Source: a bacterium (GTDB lineage Bacteria > UBA8248). Taken from it: 64,000 nt of DNA. The stretch is from assembly GCA_965200245.1 (NCBI GenBank), contig CBDATS010000004.1:96001-160000 (forward strand), in the 5' to 3' direction. The notes under the pieces were generated by a model. It was given only the letters and a program-made list of their open reading frames with translations, was not told where the DNA came from and searched no databases. Below, piece by piece: positions 55,638 to 64,000 of this stretch (positions within the stretch are counted from its first letter, which is position 1; the number at the start of each line of letters is the position of its first letter). A program made the position numbers and the translations under genes.

Positions 55638-55929
55638 CCGTCGTGGGGGAAACGGGCGGACTCTGCGACGGAACGAGAGTCGGGGGAGAATCCTCGGAGG
55701 ATTATTCCCCCGACTCTCACCGAAATAGTATTCAGTGAATCTTCTTGCTGCGGGGAAAACGGGCGGACTCTGCGGCAAGAACGGGAGCCGAGGATAATAT
55801 ACTTCGGGAGTTGAATCCTCGGCTCCCACTTCATATCAAAAGGTAATCCCTGCTACGGGGGAAACGGGCGGACCCTGTGGCAGGTCGAGAGCCGATGAAG
55901 TTTCCTAGGGGGAGTCTTCATCGGCTCTC
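55638..55929 (+). ncRNA. Tandem array of three two-hairpin structured elements of unknown family
   Basis: Units 55638-55718, 55742-55827, 55849-55929; loop RAAACGGGCGGA; covarying 11-14 bp and 13-bp stems. Confidence 0.7.
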
Positions 55930-55939
55930 CCTTCTTCGC

Positions 55940-55968
55940 TTGACACTTGAAGCGGCTTCGCCTACTTT
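55940..55968 (+). promoter_or_regulatory. Sigma70 promoter of tRNA-Ala(CGC)
   Basis: TTGACA-17nt-TACTTT, 14 nt upstream of the tRNA. Confidence 0.65.
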
Positions 55969-55982
55969 CAAATTCCTTTTGT

Positions 55983-56058
55983 GGGGGTGTAGCTCAGATG
56001 GGAGAGCGCGTGGATCGCACCCACGAGGTCAGGGGTTCGAATCCCCTCACCTCCACCA
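55983..56058 (+). tRNA. tRNA-Ala(CGC)
   Basis: Cloverleaf, G3:U70, anticodon arm CGTGG-ATCGCAC-CCACG, encoded CCA. Confidence 0.95.
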
Positions 56059-56757
56059 GAATTTCAGTTTTGGGTTGATATTTCAGCTACTTGCAAGTCA
56101 TGCAGACAGGTCCTGGTTCATGGGTGCGTTAAAATGGTGCGTTGCCTGTGCATTCGGGATCTTCCTGTGTGGCAGGGAATCGCTTGGGCTTCTGCATTTT
56201 CCAGTGCTGTATTCCCGGACACCTGAGGAAGGCCAACCCTTCCCTAGGCCGGTCTTTCCGGAAATCCCTGCACACCCGCAACAGGAGGAAGGCGCTGCGG
56301 CATGCCAAGGTGCTTTCAGTCATGATGGACGAACTGGCGAAACAGTATTTTCATGACGCTGCACCCTGTGCAAGGGCACTGAAACTCCTTCAGGAGTACA
56401 GGTCCGCGGAGAACCTGTATCCGACGTGGAAGCAGTTTGAAGAACATTTCCTGATGGATCTCGATGACCGTGAGATGAATTTGCTGAAGCGAATCATTGC
56501 CCACAGGGAAGCAATGGCGATGACCCGGCCATCTTCCCGTCCGGTTCCGGACATGGCAAAACTGGAAACCCGTTTGCAGGAACTCCTGCAGGAACAGACC
56601 AGGCACATGTCACTGGAAAATCAAGCGATTCCTTGTCACACAGGAAGATCCCGAATGCACAGGCAACGCACCATTTTAACGCACCCATGAACCAGGACCT
56701 GTCTGCATGACTTGCAAGTAGCTGAAATATCAACCCAAAACTGAAATTCTGGTGGAG
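56051..56757. repeat. ~150-bp inverted repeat (56051-56206 and 56611-56757)
   Basis: About 120 bp identical by eye, then 2 mismatches and a 9-bp indel. Confidence 0.92.
56142..56610 (+). mobile_element. N-terminal remnant of a DUF6538-type tyrosine integrase
   Basis: IFQCCIPGHL..FRKSLHTRNRRKAL..A; adjacent to a tRNA 3' end; no catalytic domain. Confidence 0.55.
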
Positions 56758-56825
56758 CTGAGGGGGATCGAACCCCTGACCTCATGACTGCCAGTCATGC
56801 GCTCTCCCAGCTGAGCTACAGCCCC
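56750..56825 (-). tRNA. tRNA-Ala(GGC)
   Basis: GGGGCTGTAGCTCAGCTGGGAGAGCG, anticodon arm CATGA-CTGGCAG-TCATG, CCA end. Confidence 0.95.
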
Positions 56826-56922
56826 AAGCAAGAGGAATTTCCTGAAACCCCCGCGGGGTGCGAAGAAATGTAACGGAAACCGCGCGTCCTCGTCAACGCG
56901 CAAACGAGTGGAACATACGCCC

Positions 56923-58038
56923 TCAGCTTCGGATATCCGGCTCTCCAACGAACGCGCGCACCTGCGCCGCAAGCTTCGTGAAATCGGCGCCGCCCGTTGT
57001 ATCCTCGGCCAGGATTTCCACCTCTTCAGGACCTCTTGCCCCGAGCCCGAGTTCGGCCGCGCGCCTGATCTGCCTGTGCGACCAGACGGGATAATCGCGC
57101 AGAAGTTCGGAACCCATCGCGCGCACCACCGAGGCACCCACGACATCCACAGCGATACGGTCATCCCCTGCTATCATCACGTTCGGTTCCCGCTCTTCCC
57201 CGGTATAGGGGCCGCCCGATATCCAGCATTTCGTCCCGTCGAGCATGATGAGAGAAGGCGCGTAGAGCAGGTTCGTCTCCATAATCATCTCTGCCATCTG
57301 GGAGACGAAATGTGCGCGAACGCGGTCTCTCGGATGCACGAACCCGTATACGTTCTTGAGTGAGAGGCTGAAGCGCGGTCCCCCGCCGTGGCTCTTCATG
57401 GTGGGCAGGTTGACGATGTGCTGACCGGGCCCCATGAGGCGCTTGATGCAGTGGACCCATCCACCCCAGCGAATCGCCTCGGGCACGCGGGCCTTCACCC
57501 AAGGTTCCTCATCGAAACGAAGCAGGCTCACGCCTGTTCTTTCCTGAAAGTCGTTCATTCCCCAGCGTTCGAAGTTCTCCCGTGCGGGGAGGGAGAGGAG
57601 ACCTCCCATCTCACCCACGGCCAGATCGTCACAACCCGCCTCTTTCAGAAGGGCGACGACAGTTTCCAGCGTATCGGGATGCGTCGAAGCCGGAAACGGA
57701 TCGGCCGAGTTGAAGTTGGGCTTCAAGAGCACGGGGGCGGGAGAATCGATGACGTGGCGGATTCCACCTAATTTCTCGACCGCCAAGCGTATGGCCTCAT
57801 CTCGCGTTTCCCCGCGCACCAAGGCCACGAGGCTCCTGCCCTCTTTCTTGAGCCTGGGCTGCCGAAGGAGCGGAACTTCCGCTTCAGGGTAAACTTGTTT
57901 CGTCTCCTGAAGGTCGCGGTAGGCGACCGCCTCGTCGCGGTCGAGGGTGCCCCTGAACTTCTCGGCGCGCGTCGCCACCGGAGTATCGAGCGGTACTATC
58001 ATTCTCACACCCTCCCAAAGAAGATGATTTTTCTTCAT
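56923..58038 (-). CDS. DUF362 domain protein
   Basis: VLLKPNFN, STHP, NLPTMKSH, SLSLKN, D.IAVDVV. Confidence 0.82.
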   Translation of the reverse strand: MKKNHLLWEGVRMIVPLDTPVATRAEKFRGTLDRDEAVAYRDLQETKQVYPEAEVPLLRQPRLKKEGRSLVALVRGETRDEAIRLAVEKLGGIRHVIDSPAPVLLKPNFNSADPFPASTHPDTLETVVALLKEAGCDDLAVGEMGGLLSLPARENFERWGMNDFQERTGVSLLRFDEEPWVKARVPEAIRWGGWVHCIKRLMGPGQHIVNLPTMKSHGGGPRFSLSLKNVYGFVHPRDRVRAHFVSQMAEMIMETNLLYAPSLIMLDGTKCWISGGPYTGEEREPNVMIAGDDRIAVDVVGASVVRAMGSELLRDYPVWSHRQIRRAAELGLGARGPEEVEILAEDTTGGADFTKLAAQVRAFVGEPDIRS

Positions 58039-58286
58039 TCCGGAAAATTCATTCTACCCCGACGGACAGAATTGAGAAATCGTGTCCAGGTGTTACTTTT
58101 TTCTTCCCTGTCCGGTATCGCATCGTGAAGTGGAAAGCGCGATTCAGGTTTCCTTCGATCCCAACCTGTACTAGACTCAGCCCCGATCAGCGCAAAGCAG
58201 GACAAGCGAGTCCAACAGTAGCATTGCCTCCCGAGGCCTCCAAAAGCGCATTCAAGACGTTTTTAAGACTTTAAGGAAGTTTTTAT

Positions 58287-59114
58287 ATGCTTTTTTTCGT
58301 TCAGTTCCTGGTGATGGGCTTGGGCGTTGGTCTGCTGGGCACGCTGGTGGGCGCAGGTGGCGGGTTCATACTGACACCCCTGCTCTTGCTGATCTTCACC
58401 GACCAGCCCTCAGAAACCATCGCCGCCACCTCGCTGAGCGTGGTCTGCCTGAATGCCCTTTCGGGTTCCATCGCCTATTATCGTCAAAAACGAATCGACA
58501 TGAAGACAAGCGTTTCCTTCGCCCTGGCCGGATCGGTCGGGGCGGTAATCGGCGTCTTTACCACGAGCGAGGTCGCGCGCGGGCCATTCGACTTTCTGCT
58601 GGGCCTAGCCCTGCTCGTTCTTTGCATCTCCCTCATCAACCCACCGCCCCCCTTGGAAGCAACGCGTTCGGGTTCGGGCGGTCTGGCGCACAGGCGAATC
58701 GTGGACAGTCAGGGCAAAGTCTATGAATACGCCTTCCGTTTCCGGCTCGGTGCCTTCCTGAGCTCCATCGTGGGTTTTCTGGCGACCTTCCTGGGCATCG
58801 GGGGCGGTCCCATGCACGTACCCCTGATGATACGGATTCTGCGCATCCCGCCCCATATCGCCACGGCCACCTCGCAGTGCGAGCTTCTCTTCACAACCGC
58901 CCTCGCGGTGGCAGTTCATTTCATTCTCGGAAACCTCTACGCGATGAAGAGCATTGTTCTTCCCCTCGCGATCGGGATAATCGTAGGCGCGCAGGCGGGA
59001 GCCTCCATCTCCCACAAGGTGAAATCCATCACCCTGACACGAATCCTGGTAGTGCTCATGACACTCGTTTCCCTGCAGCTTCTCTACAAGGGCGCAAGCG
59101 AGTGGTTCTGGTAG
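58287..59114 (+). CDS. TauE/SafE sulfite exporter family
   Basis: GTLVGAGGGFILTP, LGIGGG.MHVP, ATATS. Confidence 0.88.
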   Translation: MLFFVQFLVMGLGVGLLGTLVGAGGGFILTPLLLLIFTDQPSETIAATSLSVVCLNALSGSIAYYRQKRIDMKTSVSFALAGSVGAVIGVFTTSEVARGPFDFLLGLALLVLCISLINPPPPLEATRSGSGGLAHRRIVDSQGKVYEYAFRFRLGAFLSSIVGFLATFLGIGGGPMHVPLMIRILRIPPHIATATSQCELLFTTALAVAVHFILGNLYAMKSIVLPLAIGIIVGAQAGASISHKVKSITLTRILVVLMTLVSLQLLYKGASEWFW

Positions 59115-59240
59115 AAGACGTGTATCGCTGGCGAATCGGCGTGGCGTGTGTGAGAATGCGGTTTTGGGAGAAAGACTATTTGGATCACCCCATTAACACA
59201 GCGTCTGCCGGAAACGGCGGTCGGGAAGGAGAGTTTGAAC

Positions 59241-60023
59241 ATGTCGGATAGAGTGACCGTTGTAGAGGTCAAGGACAAAACCCTTTGGGTGGGGCTCAAC
59301 CGCCCCAAAACACTGAACGCCATGAATTTTCAGATGATCAACGAAGTCATCGAAGCCTTCACCCGGCTCGACGAGGATCCCGACATCGGCGTGGGCGTCC
59401 TGTACGGCCTGAACGGGAACTTCTCATCGGGTGGCGACATGGACATGATGCTGGGGCTCAACTACCAAACGGGCCATGTCTGGAATAACAAGATGCGTCG
59501 GCTGTGCATGACGCTCAGGAATTCGGGCAAACCGACCATCGCCATGGTGCGCGGCTGGTGCATCGGCGGCGGAAACGAGTGGCAGCTTTATTGCGATCTG
59601 TGCATCGCGAGCGAGAACGCGACATTCGGCCAGTCCGGCGCGCGCGTGGGTGCGCTGCCCGTGGTGGGTGCTACGCAGTACCTCCCGCTTCTGATGGGCG
59701 ACCGCAGGGCTCGCGAGATGCTGTTCATGGCAAAGCGTTACCCCGCGCAGGAAGCAAAGGAAGTCGGCCTGATCAACGAAGTCGTACCGGACGATCAACT
59801 CGAGAAAACAACCGAAGAGTGGTGTGCCACTATCAATTCCCACGCCCCGGCCACGCTGCGCTACATGAAGACGAACCTGAACTTCCTGGGCGACCTACAC
59901 TACCCCTCCTGGATGCACGGCAGCGAACTTCTGAACGCCGTGTGGAACAACGAGCAATCCGTCGAGGGAATGAACGCGTTCAAGGAAAAAAGGCCACCCG
60001 ACTTCAGCCGCTTCCCCCGCTAG
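59241..60023 (+). CDS. Crotonase-family hydrolase (BadI/Oah/MenB-like)
   Basis: FSSGGD, GWCIGGGNE, FGQSGARVG, EGMNAFKEKRPPDF. Confidence 0.75.
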   Translation: MSDRVTVVEVKDKTLWVGLNRPKTLNAMNFQMINEVIEAFTRLDEDPDIGVGVLYGLNGNFSSGGDMDMMLGLNYQTGHVWNNKMRRLCMTLRNSGKPTIAMVRGWCIGGGNEWQLYCDLCIASENATFGQSGARVGALPVVGATQYLPLLMGDRRAREMLFMAKRYPAQEAKEVGLINEVVPDDQLEKTTEEWCATINSHAPATLRYMKTNLNFLGDLHYPSWMHGSELLNAVWNNEQSVEGMNAFKEKRPPDFSRFPR

Positions 60024-60606
60024 GGGCGGCGGAAAACCGGGAATTCCCTCCGGAAGGCGAGGTGTGTCATCTTGAGTCGGCGGGTGCATTGTGCCTGAGC
60101 GACTGTGGGTTCAAGCAATATGCCATCTCATTCGTGATCGCGCTCGGAGGAAAGGGATGGATACACGAGGTGAACGCATTGTGGCGGTGTACGCGGGATG
60201 ACCCGGACGCGAATTTCGCTTCGTGGGCAAGAAGGCCTTGGACTGACTGCTGCTCCCGCGCGGATGTGTTCGGCTCATGGGCGGAAAGTTGCGCCAGTGT
60301 CGTGATTTAAGGCGACAGCATGGAACCTTAGCTTCCCAATGGCTGTTTCGTCCTCATCGACACGAGTGACAAAACGCCGCATAAAGACGCCATATTCGTC
60401 CTACGTACGTCGAAGAGGCGGTGCATGGAAATACACACATCAAGATGATCGATGCGAACCACATCGCCCTCATCCCGGTAAGCCGTACGGAGTTTTGCGT
60501 GCAAATCTGCGAGTTGGCGGCAGGCCAAAGCCCGAGATCAGAACTGTCGGGAGGGTCGTCCGGTGCGCCCCTTGCCTCCAGGATAAGGTGACAAGCGGCC
60601 TGGCGG

Positions 60607-61272
60607 CTAGCGGGCGTAACCCCTGCGCCTGTAGACCCCGGGAGAGCCGGGTTCTTGGCGATAATAGCTTCGCACGCGCGCCGTCCACTCGGAGGCGTTC
60701 ATGTGCTTCCATTCCGGTGTTTCACGTACGGACTCATCCTCCATCTCATAGAGGACGAGCATGAGACGTTTTCCCTCCACGGGGCTATAGCGACGCATGC
60801 GCTTCATCCCGGGCACCTTCTCACAAAGGGGACCACGGTCCTGTGAATACCAGCCGTTGAAATCGGCGAGCCTCTCTTGAGGCACGTTGATTCTGCCAAA
60901 CTGGACGATAGGCGCGAGACCCGCCGCGTCCACCGAGGGGAAATCGGGTGGCCGGGCTGGCAAGCCTGGATAGACCTGTGCGGATACGAGGCGAATGTGG
61001 GTTTCAGGTACCATGGGTAAGCGCATTTCATCGGATTCCATGAGCGAGGAGAACTCCTCGCCGTAGAACACATGGACGTTTTGCGCCTCCACGAGACTCA
61101 GGAAACGTGGCGTGCCGTCTATGGCCTCATAACTCGCCGCTCCACCCACCCCCGGGATTTCGAGTATCCGCGACAGACGGACCTTATCGATCCACGCGAG
61201 CGCCTGCTCACTCTCGCCTTCCGCGAAGTCGAACAATTCGGCGAGCAAACCCATGCCATGTGTGCGTACCAA
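60607..61272 (-). CDS. Hypothetical protein with duplicated EthD/DUF4286-like domains
   Basis: Two repeats of W..(I/V)PG..Y..(L)E. Confidence 0.55.
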   Translation of the reverse strand: MVRTHGMGLLAELFDFAEGESEQALAWIDKVRLSRILEIPGVGGAASYEAIDGTPRFLSLVEAQNVHVFYGEEFSSLMESDEMRLPMVPETHIRLVSAQVYPGLPARPPDFPSVDAAGLAPIVQFGRINVPQERLADFNGWYSQDRGPLCEKVPGMKRMRRYSPVEGKRLMLVLYEMEDESVRETPEWKHMNASEWTARVRSYYRQEPGSPGVYRRRGYAR

Positions 61273-61321
61273 AACCGTCTTGCCTCTTTGACGACGGGAA
61301 ACAGAACAGGGAAAACCTACA

Positions 61322-61615
61322 CTATTTCTTCTGGAGAGCCACCCGTATCGTGCCCCCGTACTGCGCGGCCACGAGATGATGAGGGCGATACCCTTCCTTG
61401 ATGATTTCGACAGTAAACGTATCCGCGTAGTGATCCTTTATCTTCTTCCAGGGGATGAGGACCGGCGACTGGCCAATCTTCTCCTTGCCGAGTTTCACGG
61501 TGGCGCCCGGAGGATCGGTGATCACTTCCACTCCACGCGGAACCATGTCGCCACACCCACTTGAAACGACAAAGGCAACGAGAAGCGCCAATCCCAGGCC
61601 GAGGATATTGCGCAT
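61322..61615 (-). CDS. PEGA domain lipoprotein
   Basis: Lipobox SSGC, TDPPGATV..IGQSP, KEGY. Confidence 0.75.
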   Translation of the reverse strand: MRNILGLGLALLVAFVVSSGCGDMVPRGVEVITDPPGATVKLGKEKIGQSPVLIPWKKIKDHYADTFTVEIIKEGYRPHHLVAAQYGGTIRVALQKK

Positions 61616-61780
61616 TCCTTGTTTCTCCTTCATTGTTTTGCCAGTCGAATACCATATATTTGAAGCGGGCGCGACCTAAAGACCCCCGCCTTGACTTTCG
61701 GGGGATTATGAACGCATACCTTGACAAAAGCCAGCCCGAAACGCACCTAGGCGAGAATATCGAAAGGAGAGGAGTTTCGT

Positions 61781-62242
61781 TTGCTCAGGCACCGCTATTA
61801 TTTCGACCTCATACTCACGGGTCTGGATAAATACAACCTCGCCGACTGCATCGTGGACGAATACCTGCCCTTAACCGCGCAGATGCCCATCTGGGAGATC
61901 ATGGAAAAAATACGAAAGGGGCACTTCCATTTCGAGCATGAAAGCACGGAGCCACTGGAGGAATTTCCGAAAAATTTCGAGGCCTTCAGCGCTTATCTCC
62001 ACCAAGTGATCAAGGGCTTTCACGCGGTAGAAAACGGTGTTCAACTCCTCGAAGCCCACAAAATCCTGGCGCTTCGGGGAGAGGTGGTCACGCTTCCCTT
62101 GAGGCTCCCGCCCACGCTTCTGCTTAACGATCTGGACCCCGACGCGGATGACCTCGACCACATCGAAGCCCGCTGGCCGGGATATCCGCGCTGGTTCCAG
62201 GACGGGATGCGAAGAAAACATCCCTACCTGAGACGTCTTTAG
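61781..62242 (+). CDS. Hypothetical protein
   Basis: Strong RBS before TTG; non-overlapping ORF between neighbours. Confidence 0.6.
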   Translation: MLRHRYYFDLILTGLDKYNLADCIVDEYLPLTAQMPIWEIMEKIRKGHFHFEHESTEPLEEFPKNFEAFSAYLHQVIKGFHAVENGVQLLEAHKILALRGEVVTLPLRLPPTLLLNDLDPDADDLDHIEARWPGYPRWFQDGMRRKHPYLRRL

Positions 62243-62261
62243 GAAGACCAGGAAAAACGAA

Positions 62262-63794
62262 TCAGGGACTGAGTTTCAGAAAATTCGCGTCGCTCTCATC
62301 GCCGTAGCGTTCGAGCACCTCGTCTGCGTCATCTGTGCGGGACGTTTCTTCGGGTGATGATTCGCTCTGATCCCCATCGCTCGCCCTATCCACCTCCTGC
62401 GCCTTCGGGATGTCACCTGCGGACAAAAGTTGCGCGCCGTTTTCTTCATCATCCGTTTCACGCGCCTGGAGCGCGCGCGGAGACCTCTCCAGAGGAGATA
62501 CCCGATCGATGTCGCCTTCCGAGTCCGTTACACCCGACACGGCACCCAGTTCCCGAAACTTCCGCGCCGTGACCAGAACACGGGATTCATAGGAACCCAC
62601 CGCCTTGTTGTAGGTATCGACCGCCTTGTCCAGTCCCTTGCCCATGGCCACGAAGTGTCCCGAGAGATTCTTGATGCGCTTATAAAGTTCCTGACCGAGC
62701 GCACTGACTGCCTGGGCACTCTCGGCCACCTTCTCCTGCCGCCAGCCGTAGGCCACTGCGCGCAATAGGGCGATAAGCGTCGTGGGCGTCGCCAGAATGA
62801 CCTGGCGGCTCACACCCTCCTCAATCAGGCCGGGTTCCTGTTCCAGAGCCGCACTGAAGAAACTTTCTCCGGGCAGGAACATGGCCACGAACTCAGGCGT
62901 GGATTCGCACTGATCCCAATACGCCTTGGAACTGAGTCGGTTCATATGGTCCCGAATCTGGCGCGCGTGCTCAGCCAGGAGGGCGCGACGCACATCCTCA
63001 TCTTCCGCTTCGATCGATTTCAAGTAGGCTTCGAGCGGTGCCTTGGCGTCGACCACAACGTTCTTTCCGCCGGGTAGCTTCACGATAAGGTCGGGGCGCA
63101 GGCGTGTCTTCTCACCCTCGATCGTCTGCTGCTCCACGAAGTCGCAGTACGCCACCATGCCAGCCATCTCCACCACACGCCTTAACTGCATCTCCCCCCA
63201 GCGACCGCGCACATTGGGCGCGCGCAAAGCCTTCACCAGGTTCCCCGTCTCCGATTGAAGCTCCTTCTGGCTGATCGCGAGGGACTTGACCTGCTCGGTA
63301 AGCGATCCGTAGGCCTCCCGTCTGGCCTTTTCGAGGTCCTCCACCTGACCACCCACCTTTTCGAGCGACTCCCGGATGGGAGCAACGAGGGTTTCCACCG
63401 CCTTCTGACGCGCATCCAAGTCGCCTTTGGCCTCACTCTGAAATTTCTCGAGCGTCGCCTTCGCCAGATCGAGAAAAGAGGTGTTGTTACTCTTCAGGGC
63501 ATCTGCGCTCAGCGCGCCGAAGCTCTCGCGCATCTCCTCCGTCGCGCCGCGAAGCAGGTCGATCTTCTCCTGCGCAGATTTGCGCTCGTGCGCCAAATCG
63601 GATTCCAAGCGCGCCACGTCGGCCAACAAGCCCATGTTCTTCTTGAGTTCCGCGGCGTGAGCCTCCTGGGCATCTGTCTTTTCCATCTCGGCGTTGCGAA
63701 GCATCTGAGAAAGCGACGAAATCTGCGTCCTCATGGCGAGCCAACAGAGAAAGACGAGAGCGACAGCTCCCACCGCGACGTGCCATATTTCCAT
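62262..63794 (-). CDS. rmuC: DNA recombination protein RmuC
   Basis: RGRWGEMQL, RPDLIVKLPG, VDAKAP, TPTTLIALL. Confidence 0.93.
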   Translation of the reverse strand: MEIWHVAVGAVALVFLCWLAMRTQISSLSQMLRNAEMEKTDAQEAHAAELKKNMGLLADVARLESDLAHERKSAQEKIDLLRGATEEMRESFGALSADALKSNNTSFLDLAKATLEKFQSEAKGDLDARQKAVETLVAPIRESLEKVGGQVEDLEKARREAYGSLTEQVKSLAISQKELQSETGNLVKALRAPNVRGRWGEMQLRRVVEMAGMVAYCDFVEQQTIEGEKTRLRPDLIVKLPGGKNVVVDAKAPLEAYLKSIEAEDEDVRRALLAEHARQIRDHMNRLSSKAYWDQCESTPEFVAMFLPGESFFSAALEQEPGLIEEGVSRQVILATPTTLIALLRAVAYGWRQEKVAESAQAVSALGQELYKRIKNLSGHFVAMGKGLDKAVDTYNKAVGSYESRVLVTARKFRELGAVSGVTDSEGDIDRVSPLERSPRALQARETDDEENGAQLLSAGDIPKAQEVDRASDGDQSESSPEETSRTDDADEVLERYGDESDANFLKLSP

Positions 63795-64000
63795 ATGGAG
63801 TTCCCCGGTGGTGATGGTTTCAAGATGCGGGCGGGCCAAGAAAATTCAACGAAAATTATACTAGGGTTCGCAGAAAAATACACATCGGGCGATCATGAAA
63901 TTCTTCTTTACACGCATGAAATGTCTCTTCCGCGAAGCACAAGGGTTCACCCAGACTTCATGGAAAGAGAGTTCTGTCCCTCTCCGTCATATAGAATTAT

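Noticed and set aside
55638-55929. CRISPR mini-array or simple terminators
   Set aside because: The variable segments are themselves homologous hairpins rather than unique spacers, and no cas genes are present. There are no clear poly-T tails, and terminators would not conserve a 12-nt loop.
60030-60600. Possible uracil-DNA-glycosylase-like remnant
   Set aside because: The similarity is too faint to support by eye.

Overview
GC-rich bacterial chromosomal window, possibly from a Nitrospinota/Tectomicrobia-like host-associated lineage (inference from gene content only). 1-17.5 kb is a catabolic island: two tandem cysteine-synthase-family paralogues, three LLM oxidoreductases, M20 and M24 hydrolases, a two-subunit CoA-transferase, two UbiD decarboxylases, a cyclase, a TAXI-TRAP transporter and a frameshifted LysR. 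17.7-21.6 kb is a patchwork of gene remnants with an orphan NHLP RiPP precursor and a fitA plus chimeric vapC-CBS locus. 21.6-29.5 kb is a cassette of MpaB/Lcp-like oxygenase, MMPL, LolA-like protein, outer-membrane barrel and FAD oxidoreductase, with a decayed inverted copy at 33.4-33.8 kb. Housekeeping genes follow (thiE, thiL, gpsA, mntR, tonB-like, groESL with CIRCE, lpdA, nrdJ with NrdR boxes, rmuC). The most striking unexplained signal is a tandem array of three two-hairpin units (55638-55929) with many compensatory base changes and a near-invariant 12-nt loop, directly after nrdJ. It is followed by two face-to-face tRNA-Ala genes joined by a ~150-bp inverted repeat around an integrase remnant. 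No CRISPR array or rRNA was seen. All family assignments are from motif recognition, not database searches.
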